A stretch of 64,000 bases of DNA from positions 14,980 to 78,979 of the forward strand of contig JBBDPM010000004.1 in assembly GCA_040876345.1 (NCBI GenBank), written 5' to 3'. The stretch is from Candidatus Woykebacteria bacterium. GTDB lineage: Bacteria; Patescibacteriota; Microgenomatia; Woykebacterales; RBG-16-39-9b. Positions 52,177 to 61,956 of the stretch are shown here, piece by piece. The translations under genes were made by a program, and so were the position numbers. Each line of letters starts with the position of its first letter. Positions within the stretch are counted from its first letter, which is position 1. The notes below the pieces were generated by a model. It saw nothing but the letters and a program-made list of their open reading frames with translations. It was not told the origin of the DNA and searched no databases.

Positions 52177-52863
52177 ATGCTTAGAGATATAACTGATGCT
52201 GCGTTAATTGCGCTCAACGATTCCCTGGTAAATACGGCTAAGCTTCTTCCAAACTTAGTAGTGGCCCTAATTATATTCATAATTGGTGTCCTTATTGCGG
52301 CGGTAATTAAAAACACTTTGGTAAGAGTTCTAAGAGCCGCTGGATTTGATAAGCTGCTTTCCAAGACAGCGATTGACTCGGCGGTCAAGAGTATTGGTCC
52401 GGGTGTCACCATAATCACTCTTGTAGGTGAGCTTGTCCGCTGGTTTATAATCCTTATCTTCCTGATTCCAGCAGTTGATCAATTGGGACTAGGTGCTGTC
52501 AACGAAATTTTGACAGCCATACTGCTTTATATTCCAAACGTGGTGGTCGCTGTAATCATTATTGCCGTGGGTTCCGTCTTTTCAAAACTTGCCCGGGACT
52601 TAGTAGCCGCTACAACTCAAGGACTTGGTGGGCACGCTTCCGGAGTGGTTGGTCAAGTAGCCAGATGGTCTATATTCATCTTTGCGCTGCTGGCTGCTCT
52701 AAATCAACTTGGAGTCGCCACTGATCTAATCAGGATACTTTTCACCGGGCTTGTGGCTATGGTGGCAATTGCGGGCGGACTTGCGTTTGGACTAGGCGGC
52801 AAGGAGACAGCCGAAATAATCCTGAAGAAACTACGCAAAGACGTGCTTGGAGAAGAGGAGTAG
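52177..52863 (+). CDS. Conserved TM-helix repeat membrane protein (MscS N-terminal-like)
   Basis: LPNLVVA, YIPNVVVA, GLAFGLGG. Confidence 0.85.
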   Translation: MLRDITDAALIALNDSLVNTAKLLPNLVVALIIFIIGVLIAAVIKNTLVRVLRAAGFDKLLSKTAIDSAVKSIGPGVTIITLVGELVRWFIILIFLIPAVDQLGLGAVNEILTAILLYIPNVVVAVIIIAVGSVFSKLARDLVAATTQGLGGHASGVVGQVARWSIFIFALLAALNQLGVATDLIRILFTGLVAMVAIAGGLAFGLGGKETAEIILKKLRKDVLGEEE

Positions 52864-52910
52864 GCCTTGTTTTTAACACTCCTAAATGGTAGAATTTCGG
52901 ATATTCTGCC

Positions 52911-55199
52911 ATGAAATACGTTGTAAATTTTTCGCAAGTTGGTAAAGAAGATATATCACTGGTTGGGGCTAAAGCTGCGAATCTTGGAGAACTCTCCAAA
53001 ATAAGAATCTCAGTTCCAACAGCGTATATTTTAACCTCCCAAGCATATTTTGAGTTTCTCAATCAAAACAAACTTGAAAAGGAAATCAGTAATAGACTCA
53101 AGAGAGTAAATTACGAGGATACTCATCTTCTAAACAAAATCTCCTCTGATATAAAAAATTTAATATTAGGCGCAGAATTGCCAGCGGAAATTATCGAGGA
53201 AATCAGGCAAACCCACAAGAAAATATCAATTAAAAACCCCTTTGTGGCGGTCAGAAGCTCGGCAACAGCCGAGGATTTACCTCAAGCTTCTTTTGCGGGG
53301 CAATATCAAAGCTTTCTTAACGTCAAGGGTGAGAAGGATTTGATTTTTGCAATAAGAAAATGCTGGGCTTCACTTTTTGAACCCAGGGCAATTTTTTACC
53401 GAGAGGAGAAGAGCTTTAATCATCTAAAGGTCGGTATTGCCGTAATAATTCAGGAGATGATTGAGCCAGAAGCTTCTGGTGTCATGTTTACCGTAAATCC
53501 CGTCACAAATAATAAATCCCGAATCGTAATTGAGTCTGTGTGGGGATTGGGTGAGCTGGTTGTTAAGGGGGAGGTAACTCCAGACCACTACGAAGTGGAG
53601 AAGGGTAAGTTTGTTATTATCGATAAAAAAATCAGCCTCCAAAAAGATCAGCTTGTTCTTGTAGAGGACAAAAACAGGAAAATACAGGTATCTAACAAAT
53701 ATGCCGGTTCCCAAAAGATATCCGATGTGAAAATACTTGAACTAGCTAAAATTGGTAAGAAAATTGAGAACTTATATCTTCTTCCTCAAGACATAGAGTG
53801 GGCCTATTCCGACAAGCTCTATATATTGCAATCAAGGCCCGTTACAACCTTTTCCCCTGGCCGACAAACGTCAGTCAAGACCCTGGATATAAAGCTGCCG
53901 ATACTTTTAAAGGGTACAGCAGTCTCACCAGGTATATCGCAGGGAGTAGCTAGGGTGATCAAAAATCAGAAAGATTTAGAAAAGATAAAGAGAGGAGAAA
54001 TATTAGTTGTCAGAAGTACGCAACCTAATCTCCTTCCGGCCATGAAAAAAGCCTGTGCGATAATTACCGAGCAAGGAGATAGCACCTCTCATGCTTCTAT
54101 TGTATCTCGAGAGCTTGGTAAGCCCTGCGTAGTCTCCGCTCTTGGCGCAACTGATATAGTGAAACCCGGATCTGCTCTAACAATCAACGGTACTTCGGGA
54201 ATAGTTTATAAAGGCTCCCTACCTGTATCAAAAATGAGCTTGCTGCTTTCAACCTATGAAGAAAAATCCACTGAAGGGGCGCCTAAGGATTATGAGAGCC
54301 TGAAAACAGCCACGAAAATTCTTTTAAACCTATCAGAGGTAAATTTAGCAGCTGAAGCGTCCAGCCTCAATGTAGACGGGGTGGGGTTGCTACGAGCCGA
54401 GTTTATTGTGTCTGAAATTGGAGTACACCCTCAAAAACTTATCGATGAAAAAAAGGAAAAGGATTTTATTGAGTCTCTCGCCGAGGGGTTGAAAATTTTC
54501 GGCGCTTCTTTTGAGCCCCGGCCAGTTATTTATCGGGCAGTAGATTTTAGAAGCAGTGAGTATAAAAGCTTGGGCGGCGGGGAAGATTATGAACCAGACG
54601 AGCCAAATCCATTTCTTGGTCACCGAGGCGCTTCACGATATATAAGCAACCCCAAGGTTTTCGAACTCGAGCTCTCGGCCATCAAGATTGCCCGAAACAA
54701 ATTTAACCTAAAAAACCTTTGGATATCCTTGCCTTTCGTAAGGACACTAAAGGAAATGGAGGAAGTCAAAAAAATTATTTCCGCTTCCGGTCTGCACCGC
54801 TCACCCTCCTTCAAGCTCTTAATGATAGTGGAAATTCCTTCAAACGTAGTGTTAATTGATAAATTTTTAGACTTGGGCTTAGACGGGGTAATAATTGATT
54901 TAAACGATCTAACAATGCTCATGTTGGGGATGGATAAGCATAATTCGTTTTCAGGAGGCTACCTAGAAACAGACCAATCAGTTATGTGGTCACTAGAGAG
55001 GGTTATTAAGGAGTGCCGCCAAAGAGGCCTTTACTCGGGAGTTTATGGTCATGGTCCAACGATTTATCCAAATCTTGCCGAAAAGCTAGTAGAGTGGGGA
55101 GTTACTTCAATTTCAGTTTCTCTTGATTTAGTGGAAAAAACCCGCGAAATAATTTACGAAGCCGAGAAGAAACTAGTCGCCGCTAGGTCTCATAGCTAA
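52911..55199 (+). CDS. ppsA: PEP synthase-like protein with degenerate pyruvate-binding site
   Basis: AVRSSATAED, LQSRP, TSHASIV phospho-His, GLLRAEF. Confidence 0.85.
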   Translation: MKYVVNFSQVGKEDISLVGAKAANLGELSKIRISVPTAYILTSQAYFEFLNQNKLEKEISNRLKRVNYEDTHLLNKISSDIKNLILGAELPAEIIEEIRQTHKKISIKNPFVAVRSSATAEDLPQASFAGQYQSFLNVKGEKDLIFAIRKCWASLFEPRAIFYREEKSFNHLKVGIAVIIQEMIEPEASGVMFTVNPVTNNKSRIVIESVWGLGELVVKGEVTPDHYEVEKGKFVIIDKKISLQKDQLVLVEDKNRKIQVSNKYAGSQKISDVKILELAKIGKKIENLYLLPQDIEWAYSDKLYILQSRPVTTFSPGRQTSVKTLDIKLPILLKGTAVSPGISQGVARVIKNQKDLEKIKRGEILVVRSTQPNLLPAMKKACAIITEQGDSTSHASIVSRELGKPCVVSALGATDIVKPGSALTINGTSGIVYKGSLPVSKMSLLLSTYEEKSTEGAPKDYESLKTATKILLNLSEVNLAAEASSLNVDGVGLLRAEFIVSEIGVHPQKLIDEKKEKDFIESLAEGLKIFGASFEPRPVIYRAVDFRSSEYKSLGGGEDYEPDEPNPFLGHRGASRYISNPKVFELELSAIKIARNKFNLKNLWISLPFVRTLKEMEEVKKIISASGLHRSPSFKLLMIVEIPSNVVLIDKFLDLGLDGVIIDLNDLTMLMLGMDKHNSFSGGYLETDQSVMWSLERVIKECRQRGLYSGVYGHGPTIYPNLAEKLVEWGVTSISVSLDLVEKTREIIYEAEKKLVAARSHS

Positions 55200-55200
55200 G

Positions 55201-55665
55201 ATGAAAAAAGAAATTGAGCGTAGATTCCTAGTGATCAGAGAAAAACTTCCAAAACTTACGAGAGGCCAAAAAATAGTGCAAGGGTATTTATCAACGGACC
55301 CAGTAGTCAGAGTAAGGGTCAAAAACTCAAATTCCTACCTAACTCTAAAATTCAGGAAAGAAAAAGTTAATCACGAGTTTGAATATAAAATTCCCTTGCG
55401 TGATGCCCAAAAATTACTAACCGAGTGCAAATTTAAGATAGAAAAAAACCGCTACCTATTTAAGCTTAATGGTAATATCTTGGAAATTGATTTTTTTGAG
55501 GGTGAAAACTCTGGATTGATAATCACCGAAGTAGAATTTCCAAATCTAAATACGTATTTCCAAAAACCCCTCTGGCTTGGGAAAGAAATAACCGACGACG
55601 AAAAATATTTTAATGCAAACCTTGCTCAAAGGCCTTATTTAAGATGGGGTACTAAAATATCCTGA
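55201..55665 (+). CDS. CYTH domain protein
   Basis: EIERRFLV, QGYL, EFEY, EVEF. Confidence 0.9.
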   Translation: MKKEIERRFLVIREKLPKLTRGQKIVQGYLSTDPVVRVRVKNSNSYLTLKFRKEKVNHEFEYKIPLRDAQKLLTECKFKIEKNRYLFKLNGNILEIDFFEGENSGLIITEVEFPNLNTYFQKPLWLGKEITDDEKYFNANLAQRPYLRWGTKIS

Positions 55666-55693
55666 GGAAACTCCGCAATGAGCGAGAAGAAGA

Positions 55694-56242
55694 TCATTTA
55701 TGATCCTGCGTCACAGTATAGGCGGATCCATCGCTTAGCACTGCAGACAAGGAGTAAGTAGTTGAGGTTTCACTTGGTACGTAATCGTAAGGCTTTTTGG
55801 TTACTGGATCAAGCGGAATAACTTGTAAAGACCCTTCTGTTAAATCTTCAAGTTTTGCTGGATATTTTTTGTTTTTTTCAAAGTATCGACTGACCCCACC
55901 TTTAATTGTGGCCAGATCAAGTTTTCTGGTTTGATCATTCTCCGAATTCTCCGCCAGAGTAGCCTGTTTTTTCTGTTCTTCTACCCTTTGAACAACTGTT
56001 TGTTTTGTTTGATTAATATTTTGATTTTGTTGATATTGCAAGTAAAAATACCCGCCAAAGAATAAAATCAGCGTTACTAAAAGGATACCGAAAACTGAAA
56101 CCGCCGGAGAGCCAGACTTAGGGGTTTGCTTATCTGGTAAACTGGGTTGCGTTTGGTTTGGAATTGGATTAACAGGAAAATTTTGGGGTGGTTGGATATT
56201 TTGATTAGCCATTACTGGGGCTGGACTTTGCTGAGCAGGCAT
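55694..56242 (-). CDS. Membrane protein with GspG/pseudopilin-like C-terminal domain
   Basis: P/Q-rich N-terminus, TM, NDQTRKLDL...YP...PLDP. Confidence 0.7.
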   Translation of the reverse strand: MPAQQSPAPVMANQNIQPPQNFPVNPIPNQTQPSLPDKQTPKSGSPAVSVFGILLVTLILFFGGYFYLQYQQNQNINQTKQTVVQRVEEQKKQATLAENSENDQTRKLDLATIKGGVSRYFEKNKKYPAKLEDLTEGSLQVIPLDPVTKKPYDYVPSETSTTYSLSAVLSDGSAYTVTQDHK

Positions 56243-56435
56243 TAATTTTATTATCTAATTTTAGGATTAAATTGTCAAAAAATATTTTGGGCAAAGTCTT
56301 GCTAATTGAATTTTTAGCCTTGATTTGATAAAATTACTCAATCTGAAAGCCCGTAGCTCAATCAGTAGAACAATAAAGCGTTCTGCGACTACTAAAGCTG
56401 ACTATGAGCAGCGGCCTTTGAAGGAAGATTCTGCT

Positions 56436-56511
56436 GGGCGGCTAGCTCAATTGGTAGAGCAGCGGCCTTTTAAGCCGCGTGTTCTGGGTTCGAGTCCCAG
56501 GCCGCTCACCA
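56436..56511 (+). tRNA. tRNA-Lys(TTT)
   Basis: Cloverleaf; loop CT-TTT-AA; encoded CCA. Confidence 0.97.
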
Positions 56512-56635
56512 GAATCTTCTTTTTATTTTGAAAATAAATCACGTGTTCTGGGTTCTGGACCTCAATAGATTCACATCTCACCTCATAGCTAATTCGATAA
56601 ATTGACAACCTATAGTCAATGTAGTACAATACAAT

Positions 56636-56905
56636 ATGTACTACTATAGGAGGTATGTTGATAATTTCATATCAATGGCTCTTGTTAGTCTCTACGCTTC
56701 TGTTCTGCTCGCGGAAGGTAGTGAGTTTCTTGTTAAGAAAGAAATCTCTTCTAATTTAACTAACCATTCAAACGAAAAAACCATTCATTATGAATCAAGC
56801 GAATTCCCGAAGCACTTACCGGAAAAAATTCAGGGCTTTAAACTTTGCGTATGGGATAACTGCTCAATTTCCGTCAGTATCGCCGGTATTAAACCTAGGC
56901 AGTAG
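56636..56905 (+). CDS. Hypothetical protein (weak)
   Basis: 89-aa ORF after TTGACA...TACAAT promoter-like sequence; true start uncertain. Confidence 0.35.
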   Translation: MYYYRRYVDNFISMALVSLYASVLLAEGSEFLVKKEISSNLTNHSNEKTIHYESSEFPKHLPEKIQGFKLCVWDNCSISVSIAGIKPRQ

Positions 56906-59264
56906 GAATTATCGTAGCCGGCAAATCTGGCTGGACTCTTGCGGCTCTGCCTCTGAAAGGACTTGCGGTTAGAGCGTGCTTTAAAACTTCCTCCATAGAC
57001 TCCACAAATATAAATTTAAGATCCTTCTGAGTTTTTGAAGGTATCTCTTCAAGATCCTTACGATTGTCTTTGGGAAGGATAATTGTGCGCAGTCCCGCTC
57101 GGTGGGCTGCTAAAACTTTTTCCTTGACACCACCAATTTCCAAAACTTTTCCACGCAGGGTTACTTCCCCTGTCATGGTTACTTCTTTACGCGTTGGGAT
57201 TTTAGTTAAGAGGCTAATTAAGGCAGTTGTTATAGTGATACCCGCACTTGGACCATCCTTTGGTATTGCGCCAGACGGAACATGAACGTGAATGTCAGCT
57301 GTTTTGAAAAAATTATCCCTAATTCCGAATTCAACCACTTTAGACCTTGCGAAGGAGAGGGCGGCTTGCGCAGATTCTTTCATGACGTCCCCAAGTTGCC
57401 CAGTCAGAATAAGGCTTCCTTTACCTGGCATTATTGTCGCTTCAACCGAGAGAACTTCTCCGCCAACCTGCGTCCAAGCAAGACCGGTGGAAACCCCGAC
57501 TTCATCTCTTTTTTCGGCTGCCCATGGTCTAAACTTCTCCGGACCCAGATATTTTGCTATATTTTTGGAACTTACCAACACCTTACCCATCTTTTTCTCG
57601 GTAATTTCTTTTGCTATCTTTCTACAAATTGCAGCTAGCTCACGTTCCAGATTCCGCACGCCTGCCTCGCGGGTGTACTTACTAATAATGGAGCCGATTC
57701 CACTGTCTTCCAGCTTTAACTTGCTTTCTGAAAGACCGTGAGATTCAAATTGTTTTGGTAGAAGGTAATTTTTGGCGATATGAAATTTTTCCTCTTCAGT
57801 GTAACCTGGGAATTCAATTACCTCCATCCGGTCCCGAAGGGCGGGTGGAATAGTCTCAAGAACGTTTGCAGTGGTAATGAACATTACATCTGATAAGTCA
57901 AAGGGAACCTCTAAATAATGATCTGAGAAAGAATGATTTTGTTCAGGATCCAGTGCTTCAAGTAAAGCCGAAGACGGGTCTCCACGAAAATCAAATCCAA
58001 GCTTATCTATTTCATCCAGCATAAAGATTGGGTTTTTGGTAGTAGCTTCCTTTACGCCTTGAACAATTCTTCCAGGGAGCGCGCCAACATAAGTTCGGCG
58101 GTGTCCTCGAATTTCCGCTTCATCCCTAATTCCGCCAAGAGACACTTTTACAAATTTTCTCCCCAAGGCTCTCGCAATTGAGCGTCCAATCGAAGTTTTA
58201 CCCACCCCAGGAGGACCAGCAAAACAAAGTATCGGACCTTTTATCTTCCCAGTTAGTTTTTGGACGGCCAAATACTCAATAATCCGCTCTTTTACTTTAG
58301 CCAGTCCGTAATGATCAGTGTTTAAAATATTTTCGGCTCCTTTTATGTCAATTTTACTCTCACTCTTAATGCTCCATGGAAGATCCACTAACCAGTCAAG
58401 ATAGGTTCTTAAATAAGATATTTCCGGTGAAAATGAAGGCATTTTCTGAAGCCTATCAAGTTCCTTCAGTGCTTTTCCTTCTGTTTCTTTGGGCATCTTC
58501 GCATCAAGAATTTTTTTTCTAAGCTCGGAAAATTCCTCCTGCTCTTCCTTCATTCCCAGTTCTTTTTCAATTGTCTTTAGTTGTTCCCTAAGAAAAGCTT
58601 CTTTGGCGGTTTTTCCGATTTGCTCAGCTGTTTGATCTTGGATTTTTCGGGCTGTTTTCATTACGGAAAGTTCTCGAGAAATATGTCCGGCAATTTTCTT
58701 AACCCTGATTTTCAAATCTGATGCTTCAAGAAGAGATTGTTTTTCAGCTGATTTGAGATCCAGATTAAAGATTACAAGATCTACTACTTGATACGGGTTG
58801 GAAAGGTCAAAAACAGACGGCAGCACGTCCAGTGGTATTGGCTTTCCTAGAGTAATAAGCTGTCTAAATTGTTCAACAAGAGGGCGAACTAGAGTCTCTA
58901 AATCTTCCCTTGAATACTCAGTTTCCTTTAAATGATTCACCTTTACGCCAAAGTAGGGCTCTTCAGTTGAAAACTCCACTATCTTACCCTTACTTTGGCC
59001 TTCAACCAAAATATTAATCACCCCGTCTGGTTGCCGCTGGACCTGAACGATTAGGCCGATTGTTCCCGTCGAGTAGAGGTCTTCCTTTGCGGGATTATCT
59101 TGATCCTTATTCTTTTGCATAACCAAAAATATTTTCTTATCTTTTTTCAAACTTTCTTCCAAAGCAGCCACAGATTTTTCACGCTTCAAGGAAATAGGCA
59201 CCGAAGCCTTTGGAAAGATGACAACGTCTCTTACAGGTATAAGTGGTAAAGAATGTTTTTCCAT
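56895..59264 (-). CDS. lon: Lon protease
   Basis: GPPGVGKTS, LDEIDK, PKDGPSAG. Confidence 0.98.
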   Translation of the reverse strand: MEKHSLPLIPVRDVVIFPKASVPISLKREKSVAALEESLKKDKKIFLVMQKNKDQDNPAKEDLYSTGTIGLIVQVQRQPDGVINILVEGQSKGKIVEFSTEEPYFGVKVNHLKETEYSREDLETLVRPLVEQFRQLITLGKPIPLDVLPSVFDLSNPYQVVDLVIFNLDLKSAEKQSLLEASDLKIRVKKIAGHISRELSVMKTARKIQDQTAEQIGKTAKEAFLREQLKTIEKELGMKEEQEEFSELRKKILDAKMPKETEGKALKELDRLQKMPSFSPEISYLRTYLDWLVDLPWSIKSESKIDIKGAENILNTDHYGLAKVKERIIEYLAVQKLTGKIKGPILCFAGPPGVGKTSIGRSIARALGRKFVKVSLGGIRDEAEIRGHRRTYVGALPGRIVQGVKEATTKNPIFMLDEIDKLGFDFRGDPSSALLEALDPEQNHSFSDHYLEVPFDLSDVMFITTANVLETIPPALRDRMEVIEFPGYTEEEKFHIAKNYLLPKQFESHGLSESKLKLEDSGIGSIISKYTREAGVRNLERELAAICRKIAKEITEKKMGKVLVSSKNIAKYLGPEKFRPWAAEKRDEVGVSTGLAWTQVGGEVLSVEATIMPGKGSLILTGQLGDVMKESAQAALSFARSKVVEFGIRDNFFKTADIHVHVPSGAIPKDGPSAGITITTALISLLTKIPTRKEVTMTGEVTLRGKVLEIGGVKEKVLAAHRAGLRTIILPKDNRKDLEEIPSKTQKDLKFIFVESMEEVLKHALTASPFRGRAARVQPDLPATIIPTA

Positions 59265-59325
59265 AGAAAATATATCCTAGCATATATTAGCAGACTGGTC
59301 AAGAGGGTGCTAAACGAATGTTTGG

Positions 59326-59368
59326 GTGGCGGAAACCGTCGAGAATTTAATCCGGCGGTTTCCACCAC
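59326..59368. terminator. 16-bp hairpin downstream of 59395-59709
   Basis: GTGGCGGAAACCGTCG / CGGCGGTTTCCACCAC; no clear U-tract. Confidence 0.45.
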
Positions 59369-59394
59369 ACTAGGGACATTTGAAGACCCTAATA

Positions 59395-59709
59395 TCAGCA
59401 GGATGCAATACTGAGGGTTATTGTACCACCACGACGCACCTCAAAATTGTACCTGCTGATAATGACACGGTACGTGGTGTCTTCCCTGACAGTTGTACCA
59501 GTGATAACTATTTGGTCGTTGCCGATGTGGCCAGCGCTCTTGATCTTCACATCAACAACTCCCCAACATCGCGTTGGGAATGGGACAGTATCTTCGCCTT
59601 TTGGCCAAGCGCTGTCGATTGTCTCAAGCGTTGGTCCTCCGTCGTCAATTACATCCGAGCTCTCAGCCGTCGTCACCTCTAGACTCCTCTCAATCACGAA
59701 AGTACTCAC
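59395..59709 (-). CDS. Hypothetical protein
   Basis: 104-aa ORF with protein-like composition, followed by hairpin. Confidence 0.45.
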   Translation of the reverse strand: MSTFVIERSLEVTTAESSDVIDDGGPTLETIDSAWPKGEDTVPFPTRCWGVVDVKIKSAGHIGNDQIVITGTTVREDTTYRVIISRYNFEVRRGGTITLSIASC

Positions 59710-59918
59710 CAGGTATTGGCGAGCCTTTTTTATCCTTGTTTTGTTGTTGGGTGGGGGAATTCTTAAACCAAGACCAAAGAAGGATCGCCAACTATTTTAG
59801 TTGGTAATCCCAATAATGATACTAATTTGGTTTAAACAAGAGGTCATTTTATTTAAATACTAAAACAAAGTACGCTTGTCAAGAAAATTAACCCTTGGCA
59901 TAATACCTGAATCCTTGA

Positions 59919-60143
59919 TTAGAACTTCAGACATTCGTAATATCGTGCTTCGTCAAACACTACTTCCTGCCCAATTGCAATTTTTTGAGCACTCTCAGAG
60001 TCATCACCTCGGTCAACTAAGTATGTCGCTGCCTGTAAGCACTCTGCTTTCGCTCTCGGCCTAGCTACAAAAAAGAGATATGAGAAAAACATAAGTACAA
60101 TTGCTAAAAGTAAAATTATCAAAGCAATAAATTTTTTATTCAT
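59919..60143 (-). CDS. Small membrane-anchored hypothetical protein
   Basis: N-terminal TM and two Cys; directly after tRNA-His. Confidence 0.6.
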   Translation of the reverse strand: MNKKFIALIILLLAIVLMFFSYLFFVARPRAKAECLQAATYLVDRGDDSESAQKIAIGQEVVFDEARYYECLKF

Positions 60144-60156
60144 AATGTTTAAACTA

Positions 60157-60232
60157 TGGGGTGGGTTAGGGGACTCGAACCCCCAGCCTTCTCCTCCACA
60201 GGGAGACGCTCTGCCATTGAGCTAAACCCACC
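60157..60232 (-). tRNA. tRNA-His(GTG)
   Basis: Cloverleaf with G-1; loop CT-GTG-GA. Confidence 0.96.
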
Positions 60233-60236
60233 ATGA

Positions 60237-60312
60237 TGGCACGCCCAGAGGGATTCGAACCCCCGACCTCATGGTCCGAAGCCATGCGCTCTATCCACTG
60301 AGCTATGGGCGC
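60237..60312 (-). tRNA. tRNA-Arg(TCG)
   Basis: Cloverleaf; loop CT-TCG-GA; CCA. Confidence 0.96.
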
Positions 60313-60339
60313 ACATTTATCAATTTTTCAAAACAGCCT

Positions 60340-60416
60340 TGGAGCGGGAGACGGGATTCGAACCCGCGACCTTCTCCTTGGAAGGGAGACGCTCTAGCCA
60401 GCTGAGCTACTCCCGC
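60340..60416 (-). tRNA. tRNA-Gly(TCC)
   Basis: Cloverleaf; loop CT-TCC-AA; CCA. Confidence 0.96.
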
Positions 60417-60460
60417 ACGATCGTGATTATATCAAAATTGTAAGTCAGATTCAATTTGAA

Positions 60461-61033
60461 TTACGTAAGATTTGTTTGGATAATATCGGAAAGAAGTATG
60501 CCTTCAACAATGAGTCCTTTGTGACCAAGCTCTGCTACCACTAGGTCTTTAATTTTTCTCTCAGCATCATGACGGGTGGATGAATTCAGTTGCTGATATG
60601 TAAACTCGGAAAGTGCCGTGCGAATTCTACTTCTTGATACTGGCCGAATTATTTTTGAAACAAAATCCTCCCCAATGTTTTCCCACAGAGAAACAATACT
60701 TTCCTTATTTATTCTTACCAGAATCGTACCTTTAACAGTGATATTAATGTTATCGGAAGTTGTAGCGTTAATTGGGTCGTCTCCCAAAGCTTCTTTGTTT
60801 TCCTCTGCATTAAAGCCTTCCCTGATAGTATATTCAATAGTCTGAGCGTTAAAAACCTTGGCTTTTTGCCAAAAGGGGATTTTGAAGTGAAGACCAGGCC
60901 CCCAAGTGGTGCGAAGTACACCTCTGCCTTTATCATATACTGTCGAGATGTGACCAGGCGGCACATCGACAAAGAAACCACCGGCTACTTCATCTACCAA
61001 AAATGATATTACTAATTTATCAAAGGATGCCAT
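60461..61033 (-). CDS. SPFH/Band 7 domain protein
   Basis: VPPGH, GPGLHFKIPFWQ, ILLSDI. Confidence 0.85.
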   Translation of the reverse strand: MASFDKLVISFLVDEVAGGFFVDVPPGHISTVYDKGRGVLRTTWGPGLHFKIPFWQKAKVFNAQTIEYTIREGFNAEENKEALGDDPINATTSDNINITVKGTILVRINKESIVSLWENIGEDFVSKIIRPVSRSRIRTALSEFTYQQLNSSTRHDAERKIKDLVVAELGHKGLIVEGILLSDIIQTNLT

Positions 61034-61053
61034 ATTTAACTCTCAAAGTGTTA

Positions 61054-61749
61054 CTAACCCCGTCTTCCGGCGTGCATTATGGTTTTTATAGCAAGTGAGA
61101 AACCCACTGAAGTTGCCACAAAAACTGCCTTGGCGCTTGGCAGTAACATCAAGATTATAAAACTAATGACGGGTAAAATCAACGGATCCCACCGATCCGA
61201 CAAATGAAATCCAATATGTTTTTTCTCGTTATACTCCCACATACGCTCAACGAACAACACAACTGCAGCTATGAAACTTAGAATAAAGGCTGGGTGTGTT
61301 AAATCAAAGCCAAAAAAGAGAGTGTTTATCACATCCGGACCTTTGACAAAGCTGTATAAATGCCCATATCCAGAATTGATAATTCCCACCTGAAGAATTT
61401 GATAAAGCGCAATTAAGAAAATCACCTGGGCAAAAATTGGGATGGATTCAAGAAAAGGGTTGATACCGTGAGGTTTTGTAATTGCGGACACTTTTTCAAT
61501 TTTTTCCCGGGATGTCAGTTTTTTATCAGTCTCAATCTGATCTATTAAAGGCTTTACTTTCTCAAGCGCCTTATCCTGTTCATAGCTTCGCAATGTAAAG
61601 TGTAGAAAAATAAATCTGATTAAAATGGCCAGACCAATAATGGTTATCCCAAAGTTCGGACCAGGGGATAGGTTGTAACTAAATACAACTAGGTTTAGAA
61701 CGGGCTGATAAACAATTAAATTCCAAGCGTTGATAAAAAAATCAAACAT
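61054..61749 (-). CDS. yidC: YidC/Oxa1 membrane insertase (short)
   Basis: FGITIIGLAILIR, GINPF, INTLFFGFDL. Confidence 0.8.
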   Translation of the reverse strand: MFDFFINAWNLIVYQPVLNLVVFSYNLSPGPNFGITIIGLAILIRFIFLHFTLRSYEQDKALEKVKPLIDQIETDKKLTSREKIEKVSAITKPHGINPFLESIPIFAQVIFLIALYQILQVGIINSGYGHLYSFVKGPDVINTLFFGFDLTHPAFILSFIAAVVLFVERMWEYNEKKHIGFHLSDRWDPLILPVISFIILMLLPSAKAVFVATSVGFSLAIKTIMHAGRRG

Positions 61750-61956
61750 TTTAAAAAATAGGCGCCCAAGAAACCAATTTCGAACTACTAACAAAAGCTA
61801 TTTTAACACATTGGAAGTTTCCAAAAATCTGCTAGAAACAAAAGATGATTAGAAAGGAGATCTGGACGCAAGTCCAAAGTAGGATCGGGTTTAAACATTA
61901 CTTTTGGCCAAGAAGAGCAGTTTTAAACTTTAAACTAAAAATGCTAAGATTTAACC

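Noticed and set aside
56325-56629. ORFs overlapping tRNA-Lys(TTT); likewise 48326-48544 and the 5' part of 63169-63954
   Set aside because: Translations of tRNA sequence
59320-59760. TGGGTGG copies as tRNA-His att remnants
   Set aside because: Matches too short and imperfect
61850-61920. GGAC-GCAA-GTCC hairpin as an RNA element
   Set aside because: Isolated 4-bp stem with no supporting structure
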